From an uncultured Candidatus Rokubacteria bacterium (GTDB taxonomy: Bacteria; Methylomirabilota; Methylomirabilia; Rokubacteriales; CSP1-6), in contig CAVWWD010000003.1 in NCBI GenBank assembly GCA_963758635.1, forward strand, positions 128,001-192,000: a stretch of 64,000 nucleotides of DNA, written 5' to 3'. Shown here piece by piece: positions 22,513 through 33,007 of this stretch (positions are counted from its first letter, which is position 1; the number at the start of each line of letters is the position of its first letter). Position numbers and translations under genes: made by a program. Below the pieces are notes generated by a model. The model saw nothing but the letters and a program-made list of their open reading frames with translations. It was not told the DNA's origin and made no database searches.

Positions 22513-23304
22513 GTCCCCATCGTCACGCTCACGACCGACTTCGGCCTCCGGGACCCCTGGGTGGGCGTCATGAAGGGCGTCATCCTCGGCATCTGCCCGC
22601 GCGCCCGCCTGGTCGACCTCACCCACGAGGTGCCCGCTCACAACGTCGTCGCCGGCCAGCTCGCGCTGGAGGCCGCCGTGCCGTACTTCCCTCCCGGCAC
22701 CGTGCACGTCGCCGTGGTGGACCCGGGGGTCGGCGGCCAGCGGCGTCCCATCGCGGTCGAGGCGGGCGGGCAGGTCTTCGTGGGGCCCGACAACGGCCTG
22801 TTCACGTTCGTCTTCTCGAGCGGAGGATGGTCGGCGGTGGCGCTCGAGTCGGCGGAGGCCCGGCTCCCCAGGGTGAGCGCGACCTTTCACGGGCGGGACG
22901 TGTTCGCCCCCGCGGCCGCGCACCTGGCGTGCGGCGTTTCCGTGGCGCAGCTCGGGCCCCCGGTGAAGGATCCCGTGCGCCGGCCGCTGCCGGCGGCGCG
23001 CCGCGACGGCTCGCGGCTGGTCGGGGAGGTCATCGCGGCCGACCGGTTCGGCAACCTGATCACGTCGGTGACGGCCGGGGACCTCGATCGCCTGGACGGG
23101 GCGGGCCCCCTCGAGATCAGCGTGGGCGGGCGCGCGGTGGGCGCGCCGCTGGCCGCGTATGCCGCGGCCGAGCCGGGGCGCCCCGCGGTGATCATGGGCT
23201 CCAGTGAGCGGCTGGAGGTCTTCGTCCGCGAGGGGAACGCGTCGGCGGCGCTGGGCGCCGGGCGGGGTACGCCGATCGTCGTGTCGCGCCGCGATGGCGC
23301 CTGA
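22513..23304 (+). CDS. SAM hydroxide adenosyltransferase / chlorinase-fluorinase family (DUF62); no canonical start before the conserved N-terminus
   Basis: [38 protein letters not shown]. Confidence 0.85.
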   Translation, partial: VPIVTLTTDFGLRDPWVGVMKGVILGICPRARLVDLTHEVPAHNVVAGQLALEAAVPYFPPGTVHVAVVDPGVGGQRRPIAVEAGGQVFVGPDNGLFTFVFSSGGWSAVALESAEARLPRVSATFHGRDVFAPAAAHLACGVSVAQLGPPVKDPVRRPLPAARRDGSRLVGEVIAADRFGNLITSVTAGDLDRLDGAGPLEISVGGRAVGAPLAAYAAAEPGRPAVIMGSSERLEVFVREGNASAALGAGRGTPIVVSRRDGA

Positions 23305-23310
23305 GCGCGG

Positions 23311-23787
23311 CTAGGTCGAGTCGCTCTTGGTCGAATCGCTCTTCGTGGAGCCGGACTTGGGGCCGGACTTGGGGCCGGACTTGGAGCCGGAGGAGTCCCC
23401 GCTGCTCGAGGACTTCAACGAGCTGGAGGAGTCGGAGGAAGACTTCGACGAGCTGGACGAGTCGGAGGAGGACGAGGAGTCGGAGGAAGACTTCGACGAG
23501 CTGGAGGAGTCGGAGGAAGAAGAGCTGCCGCTTTCGCCCGTGCTAGACTTCCCATCGGTCGTGCTCGACCCGCCGGAAGACTCCGACTTCATGGCCTGCT
23601 TGCGGGACTCCGACGGGTAATCGGTCACGTACCAGCCGCCGCCCTTGAGGATGAACGGCGTGGCCGAGAGCAGGCGGCGGACGGGTCCGCCGCAGCGATC
23701 GCAGGCGGTCAGCGCGGGCTCCGAGATGCGCTGGCGGATCTCGAACGTCCGTGGGCACTTGGGGCACTCGTACTCGTACGTAGGCAC
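23311..23787 (-). CDS. FmdB-family zinc-ribbon protein with Ser-rich repeat tail
   Basis: MPTYEYECPKC...CDRCGG...KGGGWYVTDY. Confidence 0.85.
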   Translation of the reverse strand: MPTYEYECPKCPRTFEIRQRISEPALTACDRCGGPVRRLLSATPFILKGGGWYVTDYPSESRKQAMKSESSGGSSTTDGKSSTGESGSSSSSDSSSSSKSSSDSSSSSDSSSSSKSSSDSSSSLKSSSSGDSSGSKSGPKSGPKSGSTKSDSTKSDST

Positions 23788-23802
23788 GAACTCAAGCGAT
23801 AC

Positions 23803-24489
23803 ATGGGAATCCTGACGCTGTCAAGGAAGGCGACCGTCCTCGTCTGCTTCGTGGGCGTGGTCTCGCTTGCCGGCTGCGCCGCTGCCGAGAAGGAAAAGGA
23901 AGTGCAGCGGCTGCAGGCCCAGGCCGCCTACGAGCAGGCGATGAAGAACCTCCAGGACAAGCGCGTGTCCCTGGGCCTCGCGTCGCTCCAGCAGGCCATC
24001 TCCCTCGATCCCGAGAACGCGGTATACCGGAACGCTCTCGGCGTCGTGTTCCTGGACCTCCGGCGCCCAGTGGACGCCCAGGCGGAGTTTCAGAAGGCCG
24101 TCGATCTGAATCCGAGCTACGCGGAGGCCCAGCACAACCTGGGGCTCGCCCAGGCGGAGCAGGGAAAGCACGAGCAGGCGATCGCCGGCTATCGAAAGGC
24201 CTTGACCCTTCCGACGTATACCACCCCCGAGGTGGCCTATAACAACATGGGGAATTCCTACTTCTCGATGGGCAAATTCAAGGAGGCCGAGGAGTCCTAT
24301 CGCGCCGCGCTGCAGCTGAACGGGCGACTGCCCTCGGCCCTGTACGGGCTCGGCATGTCGCTGTCCCGGCAGGGCCGTCCGGAGGAGGCCAAGGCGGCAC
24401 TCTCCGCTGCGCGGGACGTGGACGCGTCGTCGCCGTTCGGCCAGGCTGCGGCCGAGGCCCTCAAAGGCCTCGGCGTCGCCCCGAAGTAA
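23803..24489 (+). CDS. TPR lipoprotein (PilF/PilW-like)
   Basis: LAGC lipobox, serial TPRs, YTTPEVAYNNMG. Confidence 0.8.
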   Translation: MGILTLSRKATVLVCFVGVVSLAGCAAAEKEKEVQRLQAQAAYEQAMKNLQDKRVSLGLASLQQAISLDPENAVYRNALGVVFLDLRRPVDAQAEFQKAVDLNPSYAEAQHNLGLAQAEQGKHEQAIAGYRKALTLPTYTTPEVAYNNMGNSYFSMGKFKEAEESYRAALQLNGRLPSALYGLGMSLSRQGRPEEAKAALSAARDVDASSPFGQAAAEALKGLGVAPK

Positions 24490-24738
24490 GCCTCCGAACA
24501 GCCTCCTGACTGGCAGCTTTTTTCTTGACCTGCCGGCGGCCACTACGGTAAAAAGCCCCAGGCTACGACGTATCTGCATGTCCCCCGACCGGGGACGAAA
24601 AACAGCGAAGGAGGTGGGGCCGGCAGCGGACGACTCCTGCCATGCCGTGAAGCACCCGTTGTAGCGCGTACCCGGTTGCCTTGGAACGCTCGGAAATCGA
24701 CGTAAGAAGCCCAAACCTTCAGCATGAGGAGCCAGTAA

Positions 24739-26352
24739 ATGAGAAGGGTTCTCACCCTCGCTATCATCGGTCTGACCGTCCTCGGGGTCGCCGTCCCCGG
24801 CGCGTGGGCACAGCCCGTAGCGCCCGCCCCGCAGGTGACGATCACAGGCTTCCTGGACACGGTCACCGCTTGGAGCAAGAACCTCCAGGACAACCTGTTC
24901 TACCGCACGGGCGACAAGGAGTGGTACGCCAGGAACCGCGGCCGGGTGGACATCGTCGGCTCGCTCGGCACGGCCAAGTTCGTGATGGGAATCGAGATCG
25001 ACACCGTGTGGGGCACCACCTCGGTGGGCGGGCAGGACAACAACCTCACCGCCGGCGGTGTCGGCGCTCAGCACTCCGGCGCGACCAGCGCCTTCGACCT
25101 GAACACGGACACGCAGGGCTCCATCGAGATGAAGTGGCTCTACACGGAGTTCGCGCTTCCGTTTATGCCCTTCCCCTCGATCCTGCGGATCGGCGCTCAG
25201 CCTTTCGCCACGCAGTACAAGCTGGCGGCCTATGCCAACGGTGACTTCGCCGGCGTGAACCTCGACCTGAACTTCACGCCGAACCTCAAGGGCCACCTGA
25301 CGTACGTGGCCGTCGAGGAGAACCTGACGGGCAGCCGCCGGAACCTCGGCTTCGGCCGTGGGGACGACTGGGCGGTCATCGCGAGCGTCGAGGTGACCCC
25401 GCTCAAGGGCCTGGACATCCGGCCCATCTACAGCTACTTCTCGGCCACGGGCTCGACCAGTGCCTCGGCGCGCGCCAGCGTCGGCGGCATCGGCGGCTCT
25501 CCGGCCTTCACGCGCGGCGCCATCGGCGGCGTCGGCGGTCTCGGGCTGCTAGAGGAGCGTCACACGGTCGGCGTGGACGCCCGGTGGCGGTGGGGCGCGT
25601 TCTCGCTGGACCCGACCTTCTTCTACCAGTTCGGGACCCGCGAGGCCGACAACCCATTCGGCCCCGCGGTGAACTCCAACACAAGCAAGGCCGACATCAG
25701 CGCATTCTTCGCCGACGTGATCGGCGGCTGGCGGATCGGGCCCCTGCTCCTCGAGGCCCGGGCCATGTACACCACTGGCAACCGTCCGAAGGACCAGCTG
25801 AGCGAGAACATCAACTACTACCAGCCCCTCAACACCGACACGAGCTACTGGGGCGCGGGCTGGGGTGAGATCTTGTCCCTCGGTATCGACTACTTCAGCG
25901 GTGCGATCAAGGGGCTCGGCTCTGGGATCGGCTTCGACCGCTACGGCCGCCAGCAGTTCGCGCTGCGCGCCATCTACAGCGTGACGCCGGCCTTCGACGT
26001 GCGCGTGGTGGCCTCGCCGGCGTGGACGGCTCGGTCGGTCGACACCGACGGCACCACGCCGACGTTCGGCACGGGCGGCACGAGCGGCAACCTGCTCTGC
26101 GCCACCCACACGGCCAACTCTACGGCCAACCCGCGGGGCGCTGGCTGTAACGGTGACGCCAGCTACATCGGCACCGAGGCGAACGTGGGTATCACGTGGC
26201 GCTTCGCGCCCGGCCTGACGTTCGACCTGGTCGGCGCCATGCTCTTCGCGGGCGACGCGCTCGACAGCTCCGAGGTCCTCAACGGCGTCCTGACGAAGAA
26301 GGACTCGAAGAACGTCTACACGATCGCCAGCCGCGTCCGCTACAGCTTCTAG
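24739..26352 (+). CDS. Putative outer-membrane beta-barrel/porin
   Basis: Signal peptide, alternating beta-strand pattern, C-terminal RVRYSF; SD GAGGAG; own terminator. Confidence 0.7.
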   Translation: MRRVLTLAIIGLTVLGVAVPGAWAQPVAPAPQVTITGFLDTVTAWSKNLQDNLFYRTGDKEWYARNRGRVDIVGSLGTAKFVMGIEIDTVWGTTSVGGQDNNLTAGGVGAQHSGATSAFDLNTDTQGSIEMKWLYTEFALPFMPFPSILRIGAQPFATQYKLAAYANGDFAGVNLDLNFTPNLKGHLTYVAVEENLTGSRRNLGFGRGDDWAVIASVEVTPLKGLDIRPIYSYFSATGSTSASARASVGGIGGSPAFTRGAIGGVGGLGLLEERHTVGVDARWRWGAFSLDPTFFYQFGTREADNPFGPAVNSNTSKADISAFFADVIGGWRIGPLLLEARAMYTTGNRPKDQLSENINYYQPLNTDTSYWGAGWGEILSLGIDYFSGAIKGLGSGIGFDRYGRQQFALRAIYSVTPAFDVRVVASPAWTARSVDTDGTTPTFGTGGTSGNLLCATHTANSTANPRGAGCNGDASYIGTEANVGITWRFAPGLTFDLVGAMLFAGDALDSSEVLNGVLTKKDSKNVYTIASRVRYSF

Positions 26353-26373
26353 CGGATAGGTCGTCGGTCATCG

Positions 26374-26409
26374 CGGGGCATGGGGGAAACCCCATGCCCC
26401 GTCGTTTTT
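26374..26409 (+). terminator. Rho-independent terminator
   Basis: 12-bp stem CGGGGCATGGGG-GAAA-CCCCATGCCCCG followed by TCGTTTTT. Confidence 0.85.
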
Positions 26410-26465
26410 CTGCGATGCCGGCCGGTTGCCCCGTGCCCGGCCGGGCAGTATAGTGGGCGGGTAAC

Positions 26466-28383
26466 ATGACGGCCTTTGACGTGGTTTCCCGCGTCGTTCT
26501 CCGACGGATGACCGTGACGATCCTCGCGGCCTCCGTCGTCCTTCTCGGACTCGGGTCCACTCACGCGCAGCCGCAGCAGCGAGCAGCCCGAGGTCCCGGC
26601 CGGACCGGCGGCGCCCATCACCGCCCTCGTCGAGCAGCTCGTCGATCTCTTCCCCCGCGTGCAGGGTGAGGTGCTGGAGGTGAAGGGCCCCACGCTCACG
26701 ATGGACATCGGCCTCAAGGACGGTGTGCGGGCAGGGCTCGCCCTCGAGGTGTACCGCCAGGGCCGGGAGATCCAGCATCCGCGGACCGGCGCTGTCCTGG
26801 GCCGGGCCGAGCAGACCATCGGGACGGTGCGGATCACGGACGTGCAGGAGAGCTTCTCCACCGGCCAGCTCGTGCAGGCCGCGGAGGCCGCTCCGAGCGA
26901 CCGCGTCCGGCTCCCTTCGAGCAAGATCCGGCTGACGCTCTTGCCCCTCGCCGGCAGTCTGCGCGAGAACCTCGTGGAGGCGGCGACCAACGACCTGGTC
27001 GAGCGCCTCAACGGATCGGGCCGGTTCCAGGTGATGCTGGGGGACGCGATCAACGTCTACCTCTCCGGGGAGGGGATCGGCCCTGAGGACTTCCTGGCTG
27101 GCAAGGGCGTCAAGCAGGCCAGCGAGCGCTTCAAGGTCGAGCACCTGCTGGCCGTGCACTTCCGGCGGGTACAGAACCGGCCGTACATGGAGGTGCGATT
27201 CTTCTCGCTCCCACGCACGGACGCGGCGGTGTCCACGGCCTTCTTCGTGCCGCCCTCCATCCGCGCCGCGGCCAACCAGGCTGCGAAGTTCTCTTCCGGG
27301 AACCGCCCCGACACCCAGCCGAAGCAACGCTCGCTCCTGGCCCGGCTCCTGGGCGGCGATCTCGAGCCCGGGACGTACTCGAGCGGTGAGTCGTCGATCC
27401 CGCTCCGGGAGGTCGCCCGCTTCCCGTTCCCGGTGTACACGATGGACGTGGCTCAGCACACCGTGGACAAGGTGCCGCGCATGGTGGTGAGCGACGGCGA
27501 GAAGGTATACATGTACCGGATCGTTGGCCAGAAGCTCGAGGCGGAGTGGTCCATCTCGGCTCGCGCGATGGGCCGCGTCATGTCCGTCCAGCTCGTTGAC
27601 CTCAACGGCGACGGCAGCTTCGAGGTCATCGGCAACCGGTGGCACCCGGGCAGCCAGCTCAACTCGTTCATCCTCGAGTACAAGAACGGCAAGCCGAAAT
27701 TCCTCCTCGAGGACGTCGGGCTCTTCCTGTACGCGGTGGACGCCAAGGGTGACGGGTACCGCCAGACCCTCTGGGCGCAGGCGCTCAACAACGATAAGTT
27801 CTTCAACCACGGACAGGCCGACCTCATGAGTCTCAAGAACGGCCGGCTGGTGACGGAGCGGGCGGTGGCCGTCCACAGTGCCTTCCGGCCGACGGGGGCG
27901 ACGTTCGCGAACATCTCGGGGAAGGACACGCGCGCCCTCGCCTTCATCGACGACTTCAACCGCCTGCAGGTGTCGCTCGACAGCCAGGATCTCTGGCGAT
28001 CGGGGAGTCCGGTAGGCGGGGGTTATGCGGTGGCCGAGCTGCTGATCCCGGACGGCCGGATCCAGCGGAGCAAGTACTTCAAGTTCGAGCCGACGCCCGC
28101 TGCGATCGATCTCGACGGGGACGGCATCGACGAGATCGTCGTTCCCATGAACACCTTCAAGGAAGGGCTCATCGCGGTGATCTTCAAGGGGCCGACGGGC
28201 ATCCGGCTGCAGTCGGTGGAGTCGGGCTTCGAGGGGCCGATCACCGCCATCGGGGCGTTCCGGACGGAGGACAGCCTCCAGCCGACGCTCGTGGCCTCGG
28301 TCGTGCGCTTCCAGGGCATCGTCCAGGGGTTCCTCAAGCGCTCCGGCGAGACGCAGATCATCATGACCGTTCCCCAGGAGTAG
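26466..28383 (+). CDS. Exported protein: HPRTG..LG domain plus FG-GAP/VCBS-type propeller; apparent +1 frameshift at ~26580
   Basis: Signal peptide in the 26466 frame continues +1 into PEVPAG..LFPRVQGEV; DLNGDG and DLDGDG motifs. Confidence 0.7.
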
Positions 28384-28397
28384 GCGGGCCCCGCCCC

Positions 28398-29697
28398 TTG
28401 AAGCTCGACACCTCGCCCCCGCGAGGCATGCGGGACATCCTACCTGACGAGGCGGCCCTTCGTGACTGGGCCACATCGACGATCCTCGGCGTCTACCGCC
28501 GCCACGGCTTCACCCGGATCGAGACCCCCGCCGTCGAGAGCCTGGGATTGCTCACGCGCAGCGACGGTGGGGAGAACGAGAAGCTGATCTTCAAGATCCT
28601 CAAGCGCGGCGAGAAGCTCCACGCGGCGCGGGAGGTGGACGACCTCGCCGATCTCGGGCTCCGCTTCGACCTCACGGTGCCGCTCGCCCGCTACTACGCG
28701 CACAACCACGCCCGGCTGCCGGCGCCGCTCAAGGCCATCCAGATCGGCCCGGTCTGGAGGGCCGACCGTCCGCAGCAGGGACGGTACCGGCAGTTCACCC
28801 AGTGCGACATCGACATCCTGGGCGTGAGCTCCGAGGTGGCGGAGATCGAGCTCATCCTGGCCACCGCGGAAGCCCTGCACGGGCTTGGCCTGGGCGACCT
28901 CACGGTCCGGATCAACGATCGCCGCGTCCTTGCCGCCATGGCGGCGCACTGCGGGTTCGACGAGAGCCGGTTCGACGACGTCTTCATCACGCTGGACAAG
29001 CTGGACAAGATCGGCCGGGAGGGCGTCATCGCGGAGCTCGAGGCGGCGGGACACGCGCAGTCGGCCGTCCGCGCGCTCTTCGAACGTCGTGAGCGCCGCC
29101 TCGGGCGGAGGGCCGGCGGAAGCGCTGGGCGCCCTCGCCCGCGCGCTGGGCGGGCGCGCCGATCCCGCGGTGTGGGCCGGCCTGTCCCGGATCTTCGAGG
29201 TCGTGGGGACGCAGGTCGAGGAGCGCCTGGGGCTCGAGTTCGATGCCACGCTGGTGCGGGGGATGGGCTACTACACGGGCCCGATCTTCGAGATGCGCTA
29301 CCGCGACAGCCCGCTGTCCGTGGCCGGCGGGGGACGCTACGACCGCATGATCGGGAAGCTCCTGGGCCGTGACGTGCCCGCCACGGGCTTCTCGATCGGC
29401 TTCGAGCGCGTCGTGGGGCTCCTTCTCCAGCGGGCGCAGGCCGAGGGCGCGGGCGAGGATCGCGTGGCCCTCGTGGTCGACGCCGCGTCCCCCCACCTCG
29501 GGCTCGCCCTGTCGGCGGCCCGGGAGTTCCGTGAGAAGGGCAGCGCGGTGTTGCTGGAGCTGAGGGCGCGCAAGCTCGGCAAGCAGCTCCAGGACCTCGA
29601 GAGCCGCGGGTACCGGAGGATCGCGCTGGTGGCCGACGACGGCTCGCTGGACTGGCGAGGGCCCGGCGCCGGCGCCCCCGAGACGGAACGCTCGTGA
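28398..29697 (+). CDS. hisS: Histidyl-tRNA synthetase, apparent +1 frameshift at ~29083
   Basis: [27 protein letters not shown]; second frame [23 protein letters not shown]. Confidence 0.93.
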
Positions 29698-31483
29698 GCG
29701 CGCACCCGTACCGCACCCACACGTGTGGCGAGCTCCGCGCCGCCCACGCCGGCGCGACGGTGCGCCTGGCCGGATGGACGCACCGGAAGCGTGACCACGG
29801 GCACCTGGTGTTCGTGGATCTGCGCGACCACCACGGGCTCACCCAGTGCGTCGTCGACGCGTCGAGCCCCGTCTTCGAGCACCGTGCAGGCGCTCCGGCC
29901 GGAGACGGTCGTGACGGTGGCGGGCGAGGTGGTCCGTCGCGCCCCCGATGCGATCAACCCGAAGCTCCCGACCGGCGAGGTGGAGCTGGTGGTGCGGGAG
30001 CTGTCGGTGCTTTCCGCCGCCGATCCCCTGCCGATGCAGGTGGCGGGGGAGACCGAGTTCCCCGAGGAGACCCGGCTCCGTTACCGGTTCATCGACCTCC
30101 GGCGCGAGAAGCTCCACCAGAACATCGTGCTCCGCTCGCAGGTGATCGCGAGCATCCGCCGGCGCATGATCGCCGCCGGCTTCATGGAGTTCCAGACGCC
30201 GATCCTCACGTCGAGCTCGCCGGAGGGGGCGCGCGACTACCTCGTGCCGAGCCGCGTGCACCCGGGCAAGTTCTACGCGCTCCCGCAGGCGCCCCAGCAG
30301 TTCAAGCAGCTCCTGATGGTCTCGGGCTTCGACCGCTACTTCCAGATCGCGCCGTGCTTCCGCGACGAGGACGGCCGCGCCGACCGTTCCCCGGGCGAGT
30401 TCTACCAGCTCGACTTCGAGATGTCGTTCGTCACGCAGGAGGACGTGTGGGCGACGATCGAGCCGGTCCTCCACGGCGTGTTCGACGAGTTCGCGGGCGG
30501 CCGTGCCGTCACCCCGCCGCCCTTCCCCCGCATCCCGTTCGCCGAGGCGATGACGAGGTACGGGACGGACAAGCCCGACCTGCGCAACCCGATCGTGAAC
30601 GCCGACGTCACGGCCGTCTTCGCCGGCTCTGGCTTCGCCGTGTTCGCGAGCGCGGCCGAGCGGGGCGCGGTGGTGCGCGCCGTTCCCGGTCCCGGGGCCG
30701 CGACCCGGCCGCGGAGCTTCTTCGACAAGCTGGACGCGTGGGCCCGCGAGCAGGGCGCGCCGGGCCTCGGCTACGTCGCCCTCGGCGAGGGCGCGGCGCG
30801 CGGGCCGATCGCCAAGTTCCTCGACGAGGACCGCCTGGCCGCCCTGCGGACGGCCACGGGCGCGAAGAGCGGCGACGTGGTCTTCTTCGTCTGCGACCGT
30901 CCGGCGCGTGGCCGACCCGCTGGCCGGAAAGGTGCGGGCCAGGCTCGGGGAGGAGCTCGGCCTGATCGAGAAGGACGCCTTCCGCTTCTGCTGGATCACC
31001 GACTTCCCCATGTACGAGTGGGACGAGGACACGAAGAAGGTCGTCTTCAGCCACAACCCGTTCTCGATGCCGCAGGGGGGCCTGGAGGCCCTGGAGACCC
31101 AGGACCCCCTCACGATCAAGGCCTATCAGTACGACGTGGTGTGCAACGGCGTCGAGCTCTCGAGCGGCGCCATCCGGAACCATCGCCCCGACGTGATGTT
31201 CAAGGCGTTCGAGATCGCGGGCTACGGACGCGACGAGGTGGAGGCGCGTTTCGGCGGCATGCTCAACGCCTTCCGCTACGGGGCGCCGCCGCACGGCGGC
31301 TCCGCGCCCGGCATCGACCGCATCGTCATGCTGCTCGCCGACGAGCGGAACATCCGGGAGGTGATCGCGTTCCCCCTGAACCAGCAGGCGCAGGACCTGC
31401 TCATGCAGGCTCCGTCCGAGGTGGACCCGCGGCGGCTACGCGAGCTGCACATCCGGCTCGAGCTGCCCCGGCCGCCGGCATGA
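29694..31483 (+). CDS. aspS: Aspartyl-tRNA synthetase, two apparent +1 frameshifts (~29880 and ~30907)
   Basis: [44 protein letters not shown] across three frames. Confidence 0.93.
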
Positions 31484-31520
31484 CGGATCCGCGTGATATC
31501 TTGACCCGGAGGCTGGACAG

Positions 31521-32540
31521 CTGACTCAAGCCACCACCGTCACCCGCCGCATCGAGATTCCGTCCCGCTTCGACCTCCTGACCCTGCTCGGCAAGAACGA
31601 CGAACACCTGCGCGCGCTCGAGGCGCAGTACGACGTCCGCGGCACCGTGCGCGGCCACGAGATGACCTTGCGCGGGGAGGAGCGGGCGGTCGGGCAGGCC
31701 GAGCGCGTCGTGCGGGACCTCATCGCCATGCAGGGCAGCCGGGGCACGCTCAGCCGGGATGAGATCCGATCGGCGCTGCGGCTGGCCGGGCGGGAGCCGG
31801 AGGCGGACCTCAAGGCCGTCCTCGCCGACGGCGTCAGCGTGCCGTCGCGCCGGAAGTTCATCTCGCCGAAGACGGCCAACCAGAAGCGCTATCTCGACGC
31901 CGTCCGCAGCCACGACATGGTGATCGCCATCGGCCCCGCGGGGACCGGCAAGTCGTACCTCGCGGTGGCGATGGCCGTGTCGGCGCTCATGAAGCGCGAG
32001 GTGACCCGCATCGTCCTCACGCGCCCGGCGGTGGAGGCGGGGGAGCGGCTCGGGTTCCTGCCCGGCGACCTCTTCGAGAAGGTCCACCCGTACCTCCGGC
32101 CGCTCTACGACGCGCTGTACGACATGCTCGAGGCGGAGAAGGTGCAGACGCTGAGCGAGCGAGGCGCCATCGAGATCGCGCCGCTCGCCTACATGCGTGG
32201 GCGGACGCTCAACGACGCCTTCATCATCCTGGACGAGGCCCAGAACACCACGTCCGAGCAGATGAAGATGTTCCTCACCCGCCTCGGCTTCAACTCGAAG
32301 ATGGTGATCACCGGCGACGTGACCCAGGTCGACCTGCCGGCGAGCCGCCCGTCCGGCCTCATCGAGGTCCAGACGGTGCTGCGGGGCATCGACGGCATCC
32401 GCTTCGTGTACTTCGACGACCGCGACGTCGTGCGCCACGACCTCGTGTCGGTGATCGTCCGGGCCTACGACCGCGCCCAGGCCGGTCGCGCCGCCGCGCC
32501 GCCGCCCGGAGGGCCCGAGCCGCCCCTCGCGGGCCGCTGA
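31521..32540 (+). CDS. phoH: PhoH-family ATPase (YbeZ-like), probable CTG start
   Basis: [32 protein letters not shown] 8 nt before CTG 31521. Confidence 0.9.
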   Translation: MTQATTVTRRIEIPSRFDLLTLLGKNDEHLRALEAQYDVRGTVRGHEMTLRGEERAVGQAERVVRDLIAMQGSRGTLSRDEIRSALRLAGREPEADLKAVLADGVSVPSRRKFISPKTANQKRYLDAVRSHDMVIAIGPAGTGKSYLAVAMAVSALMKREVTRIVLTRPAVEAGERLGFLPGDLFEKVHPYLRPLYDALYDMLEAEKVQTLSERGAIEIAPLAYMRGRTLNDAFIILDEAQNTTSEQMKMFLTRLGFNSKMVITGDVTQVDLPASRPSGLIEVQTVLRGIDGIRFVYFDDRDVVRHDLVSVIVRAYDRAQAGRAAAPPPGGPEPPLAGR

Positions 32541-33007
32541 TGGTCTCTGTCCGGAGCCTTCACCCGGACGCCCACCGGATGGCCGCTCGCGTGCGTCGGC
32601 TCGCCGCGCGGGCCCTGGCCGCGCTCGGGCGCGGCAACGTCGATCTGCACGTGACGCTCGCCGACGACGCGACGATCCGGCGCTTGCACGGCCGCTACCT
32701 GGGCGATCGCCACGCCACCAACGTCCTCGCGTTCGACCTGCAGGGCCCGGGGCCGTCGCGCCTGCTCGGGGAAGTGGTGGTCTCGGTGGACACGGCGCGC
32801 CGCCAGGCGCGGCGCGTGCGCGTGCCCCTGTCGCTCGAGCTGGACCTGCTCGTCGTCCACGGGGTCCTCCACCTCGTCGGCTACGAGGACGGATCGCCCG
32901 CGGAAGCCCGGGCGATGCACGAGCGTGCTCGGGAGATCCTGTCGGCGCGAGGACGCCGGGCGCGGCCGATCCCGGGCCGCCTCTGGCACGGGCTGCTTCC
33001 CGCATGA
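32540..33007 (+). CDS. ybeY: rRNA maturation endoribonuclease YbeY
   Basis: TNVLAF, LGEVVVS, HGVLHLVGY; follows phoH. Confidence 0.88.
   Translation: MVSVRSLHPDAHRMAARVRRLAARALAALGRGNVDLHVTLADDATIRRLHGRYLGDRHATNVLAFDLQGPGPSRLLGEVVVSVDTARRQARRVRVPLSLELDLLVVHGVLHLVGYEDGSPAEARAMHERAREILSARGRRARPIPGRLWHGLLPA

Noticed and set aside
22513..23304. True fluorinase or chlorinase in a biosynthetic cluster
   Set aside because: Has the HGRD motif typical of DUF62 SAM hydrolases and sits among housekeeping genes.
28398..31483. Programmed frameshifting or split genes in hisS and aspS
   Set aside because: No slippery heptamer or stimulator seen; the same error type occurs in unrelated genes.
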